A stretch of DNA of 64,000 nt from an uncultured delta proteobacterium (GCA_963761335.1 CAVXGR010000012.1:512001-576000); one strand, 5' to 3'. Positions 20,770 to 31,537 are shown, counted from the stretch's first letter. Program-made: numbers and translations. Notes: generated by a model not told the origin, from the letters alone.

Positions 20770-23700
20770 ATGCCGCAAGCACAGGTCCGCTGCGCAGATC
20801 TCGCCGACGACGACACCGCGGTCGGGCTATCGGTGCTGAACATCCAGCGCACCTGCGTCCACGACGGTCCGGGTATCCGCAGCACGGTCTTCTTTCGCGG
20901 CTGCAACATGCGCTGCAGGTGGTGCCACAACCCGGAAGCGCAGCGGTTCGTTCGCCGCGACGACCGCGCCAGCCGCTGCTCGGTTGCGGAGGTCGTCCGG
21001 GCGGTGCGACGAGACCGGGAGTACTATCGCCACACGCACGGCGGCGTGACCCTGAGCGGAGGGGAGCCGCTGCTCCAGGACCAGGCGAGCCTGGTGAAAT
21101 TGCTCGCGGCGCTGAAAGAGGAAGGGATCGAAGTCGTTATCGAAACTGCGGGCGACGTTCCCTGGCGGGCCTTCCAGGCGTCATTGCCGTTCGTCGATCT
21201 ATTTCTGTTCGATCTCAAGGCGGTCGGCGACGATGCCCTGCATCTCCAGCTGACGGGACGGCCGCGACGGCGGGTCGCGGAAAACATCGCGCGTTTGGTT
21301 GGTGCCGGCGCCAAGGTTCGCTTCCGCATGTGCGTGGTCGCCAGCCTGAACGATTCGCCGGCGAATCTCGAAGCGGTGGCGGCTTTGTTGCACTCGCTCC
21401 GCTGTCCGCGCATCGAGCTGCTGCGCTACTACGACATGCACGAGCAGAAGGCCGCGCACTTCCACCTCGCCCAGGAACCGCTGCACATCACCGCCGAGGA
21501 GAGCGCCGCGGCGCTCGAACGAACGGCCCAGACGCTGACATCGTTGGGAATCGCGGTCGAGCACACCGGTGCGCCGGCCATGCGCCCAACGCCCGCATTC
21601 ACCCAGCGCGTCCACGAGCTGCAGAGGGCCATCCGCGACAGCGGCTATGCCGTCTGCCTCGAATCGGCGCGGCTCAAGACGGCATTCCACAAGACGCACG
21701 GCTTCCACGGCCCGCTCGCGGTGCAGCGCGCGAATTTGCTGCGCCACCTGCTGAACGAGAAGACCGTGGCGGTCTATCCGCACGAGCTGTTGGTCGGCAA
21801 CTTCACCGCAAAGCGGGTCGGCGGCAATGTCTGGCCGGAGTATTTCGGCACCGCCATGGCGGTGAACCTGTGGCGCATCGACCGCCAGAAGCCGGTGGCG
21901 TTCAAATGCTCGCTGGCGGACAAGCTGGCGTTCTACTTCGGCATCCTGCCCTTCTGGATCAGGCACGGGCTCGTCGCCCATGCTTTTCCGTCGCTGCGGC
22001 AGCTCGCGTCCTTCATGGCGCGCACGATCGAGCAACGCGTCGCCTTCAACAACAACATGGCGGCCATCGCTCACTTCATCGTCAATACCGAACGCCTACT
22101 GAAGCTTGGAACCAGCGGGATTGCCGAGGAGGTGAAGGCGCAGCAGCGTGAGAAGCGCGGTGCCGATGACGGCTTCTACGACGGCGTGCTCATCGCTCTC
22201 GCGGCCGTGGAGGCCTTCGCGGAGCGCTACGCCAAGCTCCTGGGCCAGATCCGCCGCCGCGAAGCCGATCCGCAGCGGCGAGCGGAGCTCGAGGCGATGC
22301 GGGAGGTCTGTGGCCGTGTGCCGAAACATCCAGCGCGCAGCTTCCATGAAGCACTGCAGAGCATCTTGTTCATGCACGTGGCGCTGTGCACCGAGTCCTT
22401 CGAGAACGCCATCTCACTCGGTCGGCTCGATCGCGTCCTGCATCCATACTACGCGGCCGACGTTGCCGCCGGCCGTCTCGACTACGACGCAGCCAAGGAG
22501 TTGCTGGCCTGCTTCATCCTGAAGCTGGACGAGATCGTGCTTCTCAACGACGGCGACACCGCCTTCCAGCTCGGCAAGCTCTTCGAGAGCCTGTCGCCGG
22601 TCGAGACGGTCACCATCGGCGGCGTCGATCCGGCGGGCAGGGATTCCACCAACGACGTCACCTACATGATCCTGGACATCTGCGAGCTGCGACCGATCGG
22701 GGTCAACATGGCGGCGCGCATTCACCGCCAGAGCCCGGACGAGTACGTGCGCCGGATCGCCGAGGTCTACCTGAACGGCTCGCCGATGCCGGCACTCTTC
22801 AATGACGGGGTCTACATCCCGGCGCTGCGCAAGCGCTACCCCACCCGGCTCGAGGAGGCGCGCAACTACGGAATCGTCGGCTGCGTCGAGCCGGTCGCCT
22901 CGGAGGATCACTTCGGCAACACCGACGCCGCCAACATCAACGTCGTCATTCCCTTTCTCCAGGCCCTGCAGGGCGACGAGCGACCCCTTTGGGCATACGG
23001 CGCCTTCGGCGAACTCGACCAGAAGGCCCGGCGGCTGCTCGGCTCGGCGATGTGGCGCCGAGGCGGCGCAGCGGCAAACCAGAATGGGTCGCGCCGACGC
23101 CCGCCGGCAACCATCGACGCCCTGATGAAGCGCTTCGGGGCGCGTCTCGACGAAGTCGTCGCCGCCGTCTTGGCCGACCAGCAGCGCATCGAGACGGCGC
23201 TGGCGCGCCATCTCACCACGCCGCTGGCATCCTCGCTCTTTCCCGGATGCGTCGCCTCGGGAAAGGATGCCTACGAAGGCGGCGCGACGTTCAACAGCAG
23301 CGGCATCCAAGCCGTCGGCGTCACCGACGTCGCCGATTCGCTCGTTGCCATCGACGAGGTCGTCTACCGCAGGAATCTCTACGCCATCGAAGACGTGCTG
23401 CAGGCCATCGATGCCAACTTCGAGGGCGAACGCCATGGGGACATTCGACAGGCGCTGCTCGCCGCACCCAAGTTCGGCGATGACACCGCGGTCGAGGCGC
23501 ACCAGTGGATGAATCGAGTCATGGAGCTATACGTGAAGGCGCTGAGCCGGGTCGCGCATCCATCCCGCAACGGCACGTATGTAGCCGGCTACTACGGGTT
23601 GAACGTGAACCGGGTGTACGGCGCCAGGACCCCCGCTCTGCCGTCGGGCCGGCGCCGCGGCGAGCCGCTGGCCAACAGTATCTGCCCGCATTTCGGCATG

Positions 23701-24066
23701 CAGATGATGGACCTGACCTCGGCGCTGAACGCCATTGCACGGGTCGACTTCGCGAGCTTCGCCCCCAACGGCACCACGGTGACGTCGACCATTGATGGCG
23801 CGCTTTTCCCCGGCAACAGCGGCAGCCGCAACCTCGCGGGCGTGATTCGCGGCTTCTTCGCGCAGGGGGGGATGCAGCTCCAGCCGAACCTGGTGAGCCG
23901 CGAGATTCTCCTCGATGCCTACAACCACCCGGGAAAGTACAAGGATCTCGTGGTCCGGATCGCCGGCTACTGCGGCTACTTCGACAATCTCTCGGATGAG
24001 CTGAAACGCGAGATCATCGAGCGCACCTACCACACCGCAAAGCTCGGCTCGACGGCCGGCCTCTGA
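20770..24066 (+). CDS. Fusion of glycyl-radical activating enzyme (radical SAM) and glycyl radical enzyme (PFL family)
   Basis: N-terminus: NIQR..VHDGPGIRSTVFFRGCNMRCRWCHNPE (CX3CX2C), GGVTLSGGEP, ETAG, DLK. C-terminus: ELLVG, SLGRLD, Cys loop IVGCVEP, APKFGDD, PSGR..GEPLA, PNG, Gly loop LVVRIAGY. GAGGG RBS before ATG 20770. Confidence 0.9.
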   Translation: MPQAQVRCADLADDDTAVGLSVLNIQRTCVHDGPGIRSTVFFRGCNMRCRWCHNPEAQRFVRRDDRASRCSVAEVVRAVRRDREYYRHTHGGVTLSGGEPLLQDQASLVKLLAALKEEGIEVVIETAGDVPWRAFQASLPFVDLFLFDLKAVGDDALHLQLTGRPRRRVAENIARLVGAGAKVRFRMCVVASLNDSPANLEAVAALLHSLRCPRIELLRYYDMHEQKAAHFHLAQEPLHITAEESAAALERTAQTLTSLGIAVEHTGAPAMRPTPAFTQRVHELQRAIRDSGYAVCLESARLKTAFHKTHGFHGPLAVQRANLLRHLLNEKTVAVYPHELLVGNFTAKRVGGNVWPEYFGTAMAVNLWRIDRQKPVAFKCSLADKLAFYFGILPFWIRHGLVAHAFPSLRQLASFMARTIEQRVAFNNNMAAIAHFIVNTERLLKLGTSGIAEEVKAQQREKRGADDGFYDGVLIALAAVEAFAERYAKLLGQIRRREADPQRRAELEAMREVCGRVPKHPARSFHEALQSILFMHVALCTESFENAISLGRLDRVLHPYYAADVAAGRLDYDAAKELLACFILKLDEIVLLNDGDTAFQLGKLFESLSPVETVTIGGVDPAGRDSTNDVTYMILDICELRPIGVNMAARIHRQSPDEYVRRIAEVYLNGSPMPALFNDGVYIPALRKRYPTRLEEARNYGIVGCVEPVASEDHFGNTDAANINVVIPFLQALQGDERPLWAYGAFGELDQKARRLLGSAMWRRGGAAANQNGSRRRPPATIDALMKRFGARLDEVVAAVLADQQRIETALARHLTTPLASSLFPGCVASGKDAYEGGATFNSSGIQAVGVTDVADSLVAIDEVVYRRNLYAIEDVLQAIDANFEGERHGDIRQALLAAPKFGDDTAVEAHQWMNRVMELYVKALSRVAHPSRNGTYVAGYYGLNVNRVYGARTPALPSGRRRGEPLANSICPHFGMQMMDLTSALNAIARVDFASFAPNGTTVTSTIDGALFPGNSGSRNLAGVIRGFFAQGGMQLQPNLVSREILLDAYNHPGKYKDLVVRIAGYCGYFDNLSDELKREIIERTYHTAKLGSTAGL

Positions 24067-24077
24067 TTCTCATCGCC

Positions 24078-24594
24078 CGCGGTGGAGTGGAGGCCCACGG
24101 CTCCGAGGTGTTGGCGCGCGCCGCCGCCTCCGGCTCGCGCATCGCCGAACGGCGGCTCTCCTCTCCCGATGCGCGCGGCTTGCTGGAAGGCCTGCGCCAC
24201 GCCCGCGACGCGGACGTGGTGAGCCTGCAATCACCGCTCTCGGCCGAGTCCATCCGCCTGCTCTTCCGGGTGTCGGATGCCGTGCTCGCCAACAGCGGTC
24301 ACGAGCCCTTCGGCCTCGTCGGTCCCGAGGCGATGGCGGCAGGAGGTCCTCGCCTGCACGGGGAGCACGGGAGAGGACTACGCCGTCGCCGGTTGGAACG
24401 CCTTGGTGCTGCAGAGCAACGATCCGCGCGAGTTCGTCGCCTACTACCACAGGTTGAAGACCGACGCGGGCGAAGAGTCGGCCCTGCGCCGCCGCGGGCG
24501 TCGCACGGCGGCGCGCTACGCCTGGTCGCAGGTGCTGCAGCGCAACATCCTGCCGGCATTGCACTTCCCCCGGCCGAAGCAGGTCGGCGCGTAG
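24078..24594 (+). pseudogene. C-terminal fragment of a GT4 glycosyltransferase, frameshifted
   Basis: DAVLANSGHEPFGLVG.EAMAAG then, after a frameshift, ACTGSTGEDYA; no N-terminal domain. Confidence 0.7.
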
Positions 24595-24621
24595 TCGCGC
24601 TAGCTGAACCGCAGGGCGCCC

Positions 24622-24918
24622 TCAGCTCTGTGGCAGCTTCTGCCCGCTTCGCCCCCCCACATCTCCCGGTGCCCGAAAATAGCCTCTCGGCCGGCCTTCG
24701 CGGTCCCAGTAGCACCCCTGCACGTCGATGTATCCGCGATAGATGCCGTGCTCATCGAAGAAGGCGCCGCTGTCGCTCACCGAGCCGCCAAAGGAGCCGT
24801 CCTGGCTGTAGTAGTGGCCGACCTCGTCGATGTACCCGAGACAGGACCCGAAACGGGTAAAGTGATAGCGCCTGGCGCGACTACCGCGCACCGGACTTGC
24901 GGTCTGGCCTCCGCTCAC
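24622..24918 (-). CDS. Small Gly/Tyr-rich beta-repeat protein (beta-flower-like)
   Basis: Repeated (F/Y)xxxGxxxGY(I/V) units. Confidence 0.5.
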   Translation of the reverse strand: MSGGQTASPVRGSRARRYHFTRFGSCLGYIDEVGHYYSQDGSFGGSVSDSGAFFDEHGIYRGYIDVQGCYWDREGRPRGYFRAPGDVGGRSGQKLPQS

Positions 24919-25293
24919 GTCACTCGCCTTCCATGTCGAGACATCGCGTCTCTCGAGCGTCTGAAAGTCCTTTTGCGTCTACAGCAATTTAAGGCGAGTG
25001 GATAGACCGCAGAATTACGCGAGTAGAACTACTCGGTAGCCGCCAGGCTGCATGCTTTTCGCCGGCTGTGTAGGCAGACAGCGTTTCCGGCGCAGGGCGA
25101 ACGATCCCCTCCCGACTCTGAGAACGGGCCACCCGACGGCGGGCAGGAACGCATTGGCGGCAAGCCGGCGGCAAATTTGCAGGAGGTCCGGCCCCGGCGC
25201 CGACCGGGTTCCCGAGCCCGAGATTGACCCATGCCTGCCCGCCATCCCCACAACGACCACCAATCCCTCGGCCACAGGCGCAACGGTAGAGCG

Positions 25294-25948
25294 GTGCCGC
25301 TGAAGCTGGTCACCTCCGCACCGCAACGAGTCACGTCGCAATCCGACCTCATCCCGTCCGTGTGTCTGGCCGTCTTCACAGCTCTGTGGGTCGGCCTCGC
25401 GATCGAGCCCCGCTACCCAGAGGACTGGCTGCTGGAAAATCTCCTCACCTTCGCCTGCGTACCGGCCGCCGTCTTGACGTATCGGCGCTTTCGCTTCACC
25501 GATCAGGCCTACGTCCAGGCCGCGCTCTTCCTGATCCTGCATATTGTCGGCAGCCACTACACATACTCGCACGTGCCGCTCGGCGACTGGGCGCTGGATG
25601 TCTTTGGCTTCTCCCGCAATCACTACGACCGCCTGGTGCCACTTCTCCTTCGGCGTATTGATGCTGCGGCCGATGCGTGAGCTCGTCATCCGCCGGCCGC
25701 GCGCGCTCGGGCGCACTGCGCTGTTCTTCCTGAGCTTTGCCACGATCGCCTGCGCCAGCCTCGGCTACGAGATGCTCGAGTGGTTGGTGGCGGCGGTGGT
25801 CGATCCATCCGCCGGAACCGCCTACCTCGGCACCCAGGGGGACGTCTGGGACGCACAGAAGGACTCGGCCTGCGCCTCCGCTGGCGCGCTCATTGCCACG
25901 GCCATCGACGGCTGGCAGCTACGCGCCGAGACCCGGACTGCAGAATGA
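25294..25948 (+). pseudogene. DUF2238/YjdF inner-membrane protein, frameshifted near 25640
   Basis: DWLLEN, HIVGSHYTYSHVPLG, RNHYDRLV/HFSFG, YEMLEW, YLGTQGDVWDAQKD. Start approximate. Confidence 0.8.
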
Positions 25949-26258
25949 GTCGTTCCGCTTTGACTCAACCACTCGGCCCGAGGCCCGACTCGGCCGCGGA
26001 ACCAGTCGGAGGCAGCAACGGCGATCGGTGCCGGCGCCGCCCGCAGGGGGCAAATTGACCGGGGCGCGCAAGACGGATACTCGTCCCTCAGCATGCAACT
26101 GAAGGCTCCCATGCATGGGAATGAATCTCGCGCCGAGCCGTGAAAAACTGCCAGTTCATTCGAGCCTGAAACCCGGTCCACATCTTGCCGCAGAAAAACG
26201 AGGACGCGACGGGCAAAGGACCAGCGGCCGTTTAGCGCCGTCAGACAGGAGAAGGGAT

Positions 26259-26447
26259 ATGATTCGCTTGGACCTCACCGAGAACGAAGGCGCCACACTG
26301 GTCAAAGTCCTGGATTACTATGTATCCGAGCTGCGCATGGAAGTGACGGACACCGATCTGAAGGACCTGCGCGACCAGTTGAAGGCCGAAGAAGGCGTTC
26401 TGAAGAAGATGCTGGCGACGCTCAAGGAACGGCTCGCGCAGTCCTGA
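26259..26447 (+). CDS. Small helical/coiled-coil hypothetical protein
   Basis: Purine-rich RBS (AGGAG/AAGGGA); MIRLDLTENE...ELRMEVTDTD; coding-like composition. Confidence 0.7.
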   Translation: MIRLDLTENEGATLVKVLDYYVSELRMEVTDTDLKDLRDQLKAEEGVLKKMLATLKERLAQS

Positions 26448-26488
26448 GGCGCGGGTGATCCCGCCGGCTCGGCTTACGCGAGGACACT

Positions 26489-28650
26489 GTGGGCCTCGTT
26501 TGGGTAATTCCGTTCTCCGCCCTGCTCTCCCTGGGCTTCGTCGCATACCTGGCCTGGGATGTCCTGCGGTCCGACAGCGGTACCCCGGAGATGCGGGCGG
26601 TGAGCGACATGGTCTACGAAGGAGCGGTCGCCTTCATCAAGAGGCAGTACACGACGATCGGTGCCATGGCGCTGGTCACGGCTGTCCTCATCGCGGTGCT
26701 GGTCGCCCATTTCGAGAGCTTCTCGGAGACGGCTATCACCGGCTGGCCGCTCGGGATTCGCACCGGCATCGCCTTCTTGGTCGGGGCTGCGGTCAGTACC
26801 CTCAGCGGCATCATCGGCATGTACGTCGCGGTCAAATCGAACGTGCGTACCGCGAGCGCCGCGGGCGGCGGCGTGGGGCCGGCGCTGCGCATGGCCCTCC
26901 GCGGCGGCGCCGTGAGCGGCTTTCTGGTCGTGACGCTGTCGCTCCTCGGCGTGTACGGAATGTTTCTCCTCTACGGTGGGCGCACCGCGCCGCAGCACGC
27001 TCCCTTCCTCATCGTCGGCATGGGCTTCGGCGCCAGCTTCGTGGCGCTGTTCGCTCAGCTGGGCGGCGGCATCTACACCAAGGCGGCAGACGTCGGCGCC
27101 GACCTCGTCGGCAAGGTCGAAGCGGGCATTCCCGAGGACGATCCGCGCAATGCCGGTGTGATCGCTGACCTGGTCGGCGACAACGTGGGCGACTGCGCCG
27201 TCGCGGAGCCGACCTCTTCGAGTCGACAGTCGCCGAGAACATCGGCGCCATGATTCTGGGCGTCACCCTGTTCACCGCCACGCACCGCGTCGAGTGGATC
27301 CTCTTTCCGCTCGTCGTGCGGGCCTGCGGGCTCATCGTCTCCATCGCCGGCGTCTTTGCCACGACCGCCTTCCCCGGGCTGAAATACCGGCCGGGAGAGG
27401 AGCCGACGCGGGCGCTCTATCGGGGATTTGCCGTGTCGGCCGGGCTTGCGGCGCTCTCGCTCTGCGCCGTGGAGGAATCGATGCTCGGCGTCAGGTGGTT
27501 CGCAGCTGCGGGGCTGATCGGCCTGCTCACCAGCGTGGTCTTCGTGCTGATCACCATGTACTACACGGAGGCGGGCTTCTCTCCGGTCCAGTCGATCGTG
27601 CACGCCAGCTTGCGCGGAGCCGGCCCCACCATCATCACTGGGCTCGCGGTGGGCTTCGAGAACGCCGCGGCCCCGGTGCTGACGATCGCCCTCGCCCTGA
27701 TCGGCTCCTACTACTGCGGCACTCAAGCGGCACCCGGTCTGCACGTCTCCGCCTACCAGGGAGGAGTGTACGGAACCGCAGTAGCGACCATGGGCATGCT
27801 CATGCCGGCGGCTTTCATTCTGGCGATGGACACCTTTGGTCCGATCGTCGACAACGCCGGCGGCATCGTGGAGATGGCCGGCGCCTCAGAGGAGATCCGG
27901 CGCGCTACGGACGCCTTGGACGCCGCCGGCAACACCACCAAGGCGCTCACCAAGGGTTACGCCATCAGCTCGGCCGCGCTGGCGGCATTTCTGCTCTTCA
28001 GCGCTTACCTCGACAAGGTCGAGCTCATCCGGCGTGCGCTCGGGCGACCCGCTGCCGAGATCGCCGCCTCGCACACGGTCGACATCGGGAAGATTACCGT
28101 CTTCATCGGCGCGATGATCGGCGTCATGCTGATCTTCCTGTTCAGCTCGCTGGCGTTGCGCGCCGTCAGCAAGACCGCGGAGCGGATCATCAAGGAGGTC
28201 CGGCGCCAGTTCCGGGAGATTCCCGGCCTGCTGGCGGGGACGGGGCGGCCGGATTACGCGCGCGCCGTCGACATCACCACGCGCGGCGCATTGCGCGCCA
28301 TGATCGCCCCGGGATTGCTGGCACTGGGCGTGCCGATCATCGCCGGCGTCGTGCTCGGGGCCGAGGCCGAGGCCGCGCTGCTGATGGTCGGGACGATCAG
28401 CGGAATCGTCCTCGCCTGCGTGATGAACAACAGTGGCGGTGCGTGGGACAACGCCAAGAAGTACATCGAGGTGCACGGCGTGCGGGACGACCAGGGGCAT
28501 ATGCAGGGCAAAGGCAGCGACGCCCACAAGGCGTCCGTGGTCGGCGACACCGTCGGCGCTCCGTTCAAGGATACCGCCGGCCCATCCCTGCACGTCCTGA
28601 TCAAGCTGTTGTCCACGATCACCCTGGTGCTCGCCGCCCTGTTCATCTGA
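26489..28650 (+). pseudogene. hppA: Membrane-bound H+-translocating pyrophosphatase, predicted K+-independent; frameshift near 27200
   Basis: GGIYTKAADVGADLVGKVE, EDDPRN, DLVGDNVGD, GNTTKA, GGAWDNAKK. One G is missing in the GDCAGRGADLFE segment. Confidence 0.9.
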
Positions 28651-28804
28651 AGCGAGGGAGAAACGCGCCTCATCGATCCATGTCCTGGAAGCCCATCGCC
28701 AAGCCGGCGGCGAGCTGGAAAATCGTCCCGAGCCCGTCACCCAACCCCAGCACGCGGGTGCCGTCGGTATCTGTCCAGATCCGCCGCGACCCCAGCTTTT
28801 TCAG

Positions 28805-29188
28805 CTACAGGCCGATCTCGCGGCCGTCATTCAGCGCCAGCCAACCGCGACCGATGCGATAGAGCACCCAGATACCGGTGACGACGACGATCAGCCAGGC
28901 GAACGGAATGCCGATGATGGTGAAGAAGAGAACCGCGGCAATGACGACCCAGAGCAGCGCGTACCAAAAGGTCCGGATCTGCCAGCGGAAGTGCGACGCG
29001 AGGTATGTGCCGCGCACATCGGAACGCCTGGCGTAGTTGAGAATGACCGCCAGGATCGACGGCCAGCCGGTGAGAAACGCGGTCACGACGGCCGCAGACG
29101 AGATCACTCCCATCACCGCGCTGAAGGCGTGCAGAGCATAGATGATGTGCGTCAGGCGGATGAGACCCTCGCGTGGCGTACCGTTCAT
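28805..29188 (-). CDS. DUF4870-type small membrane protein
   Basis: THIIYAL, SHFRWQIRTFW, WVLYRIGRGWL. Confidence 0.85.
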   Translation of the reverse strand: MNGTPREGLIRLTHIIYALHAFSAVMGVISSAAVVTAFLTGWPSILAVILNYARRSDVRGTYLASHFRWQIRTFWYALLWVVIAAVLFFTIIGIPFAWLIVVVTGIWVLYRIGRGWLALNDGREIGL

Positions 29189-29363
29189 ATCTCACTCTCT
29201 TACCGCACGGCGCCCCCGCATCCCACACCCTTGAATCGCTTCCTGCGCGAGGTCCCACCCCGCGCTTTCTCCGACCTTGCTGGGCGCAAACACGCGTTGG
29301 TCTGGTATACTAAAGGTGAATCCCTTCCGGCCAACGCAGAACCTGCGACGAGGAGAGTGAGCC

Positions 29364-30623
29364 ATGGCAACGCGATGCGAGCGGCAATCTCTGCAACTGA
29401 CACGGCGGCGCTTCACCGCTCTTGCGGCCGGCGGCATCGCCTCCCTGCTCTTGCCGGATACGCAACGGGGGCCCGCCGCAACGGGCGTCGAGGCGGGGGT
29501 TGCGCCGCTGCGCTACGCAACCGGCGACGGCTCCACGGCCGTTGCGCTGGTGGGTGTGCCGCGCGGCGGCGGTGACGATGTCGTCGAGCGCGCCGTGCAG
29601 CGTGCCGCGCTGGCGGTGACCGACTTTTCATGGCTCGGCCGCGGTGACACCGTACTGATCAAGCCGGTGTGCAACTCCGGCAACGATTACCCCGCCACCA
29701 CCGACCCGGCAGCGCTGCGCGCCATGATCCAGCTGCTCAAGCAGCGCGGCGCCGGACGGGTGCTGGTCGCCGACATGTCGGGGGTCCAATTCGTGCGCTT
29801 CTCGAAGGACCACCTGTCCGGGAGCACACGCGCGCTGATGCGCCGTAACGGCATGCTGCGTTCGATCGAGGCAGCGGGCGGGGAGATGTTCGCTTTCGAA
29901 GAAGCCGGTTGGGACGCCTTCTTCGAGGAGCGGCCGCGTGTCGCCGCGAGCTGGAAGCAGCCGATCCTGCTGCCCAGGCTTCTCGGTGAAGCGGACCACG
30001 TCGTCCTGATGCCGCGCTGCGCGCGCCACCTGCTGGCGGGCAGCACGCTCGGCTTGAAGGCCGCCGTGGGCTGGTGGCGCCACGATTCACGGCTCGAGTA
30101 TCATCACGACGCCACCACCTTCTCCCTCAAGACGGCGGAGGCGAATACGCTTCCGACCCTGCTCGCGAAGCAGCGCCTGGTGCTGACCAGCGCCACCAAG
30201 GTGCTCACCACCTTCGGACCCGACAACGGCTACGTCGTCGAGCCGCCGACCGGCTTGATCATCGCCAGCCCGTCCGTTGTCGCCCACGACATGGTCTCGC
30301 TCGCCTGGCTGCTGCAGACGCGCACCACGGTACCTGCGGCGCGCAAGGACGGCGTCTTCGACGACCCCAACCAGTCGGCCACCTACGTCGACCTCGCCAA
30401 CCGCGTGGTCAACTACTTCCTCGGTGGCGTCGGCGCGGCGCTGACCGCGGAAAGGTTGCCGCGCTACGACCTCGAACGCGTGTGGGACGATCGCGTGCTG
30501 CGCAGCGCCGCCGTGGCTTTCGGCGGCGTGCCGCGCGTCGAGCTCGTCGATGCCCAGGGCTCGGTGCCGGGGACGATCCGCGACGCCATCGCCGGCCAGA
30601 TCGCCTTGCCCGTTGGCGCGTAG
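29364..30623 (+). CDS. DUF362-domain protein with Tat signal
   Basis: TRRRF twin-arginine leader; VLIKP, TTDP, TLGLKAAVG; AGGAG RBS. Confidence 0.8.
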   Translation: MATRCERQSLQLTRRRFTALAAGGIASLLLPDTQRGPAATGVEAGVAPLRYATGDGSTAVALVGVPRGGGDDVVERAVQRAALAVTDFSWLGRGDTVLIKPVCNSGNDYPATTDPAALRAMIQLLKQRGAGRVLVADMSGVQFVRFSKDHLSGSTRALMRRNGMLRSIEAAGGEMFAFEEAGWDAFFEERPRVAASWKQPILLPRLLGEADHVVLMPRCARHLLAGSTLGLKAAVGWWRHDSRLEYHHDATTFSLKTAEANTLPTLLAKQRLVLTSATKVLTTFGPDNGYVVEPPTGLIIASPSVVAHDMVSLAWLLQTRTTVPAARKDGVFDDPNQSATYVDLANRVVNYFLGGVGAALTAERLPRYDLERVWDDRVLRSAAVAFGGVPRVELVDAQGSVPGTIRDAIAGQIALPVGA

Positions 30624-30862
30624 CGCAATTCCGGCCGCGGCAACGACCTCGCCGGCAACGTCAGCACAAGGGCGCGGCGGGGTGCCGAGGCGAGCGACCC
30701 CGATCGGGGTGCGGCAAGACGATCAACCTCCGCGTGCGTGCTGTGCGCCGCGGCTCATCGGCGCTCGAGGAGCGATGGACGCAAAGGCGCGAAGACGCAA
30801 AGCTGTCGCTGGTGGGCTGAGGCGATTCTGCCGCGGATCACTCGCCGCGAAAACCGCGCACG

Positions 30863-30922
30863 TCACCGTTCGCAGAAGCGGCGGTCGGAGCGGTTGTCGC
30901 GGTGACAGGAGGGGCAACGCAT
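30863..30922 (-). pseudogene. Zinc-ribbon N-terminal remnant
   Basis: MRCPSCHRDNRSDRRFCER-stop, 10 bp after the greB stop. Confidence 0.6.
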
Positions 30923-30932
30923 GGCGTGGGCC

Positions 30933-31490
30933 TCAGGGCAGCTCGTCGTAGCGGATCGCGATGATCTCGAGCTCTTCGCTGCCGCGCGGTGTTCGCATCG
31001 TGACGACATCGCCGACCGACGCTTTCCGCAGCGCGGTGGCGATGGGCGAGACCCACGAGACACGCCCGCGGCTGGGGTCGAGCTCGTCGACGCCCACGAT
31101 GCTCACGGTCTGTTCGCCGCCGGATTCGTCGGCCACGGTGACGGTGGCCCCGAAGTACACCCGGTCGTGGGTCTTGCCCGCATTGTCGACCACGACCGCG
31201 CTGTCGAGGCGCTTCGAGAGGAAACGGATTCGGCGGTCGATCTCGCGCAGCTTGCGTTTGCCGTAGATGTAGTCGCCGTTCTCCGAGCGATCGCCGTTGC
31301 TGGCCGCCCACGCAATCGTCTCGACGAGCTTCGGCCGGTCGACATGCCAGAGGCGAGCGAGCTCGTCGTTCAGCCGCTTGCGCCCGGCCGGCGTAATGTA
31401 GTTCGTGAATCCGCCGGCGATGGCGGGCTCGTCGGCGAGATCGCGGTCGACGTCGTCACCGTCGGATTCTTTCGTGAATGCTTTGCTCAT
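30933..31490 (-). CDS. greB: Transcription elongation factor GreB
   Basis: MSKAFTKE, NYITPAG, WAASNGDRSENGDYIYGKRKLREIDRRIRFL, VSWVSP. Confidence 0.95.
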   Translation of the reverse strand: MSKAFTKESDGDDVDRDLADEPAIAGGFTNYITPAGRKRLNDELARLWHVDRPKLVETIAWAASNGDRSENGDYIYGKRKLREIDRRIRFLSKRLDSAVVVDNAGKTHDRVYFGATVTVADESGGEQTVSIVGVDELDPSRGRVSWVSPIATALRKASVGDVVTMRTPRGSEELEIIAIRYDELP

Positions 31491-31537
31491 ACCTCGATCG
31501 ACCTCGCGTCGTTGTCCCAGCCGGTCGCGCCCGCCGC

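Noticed and set aside
20770..24066. Naming the GRE as pflB, cutC or hypD
   Set aside because: It lacks the PFL Cys-Cys pair, and I cannot verify substrate-specific residues without an alignment.
30775..30805. GCAAA...GACGCAAAGC as a c-di-GMP-I riboswitch
   Set aside because: No proper P2 stem or GNRA loop; it matches the 8-mer cgcaaag/cgccaag repeat also seen at about 48888-48914.
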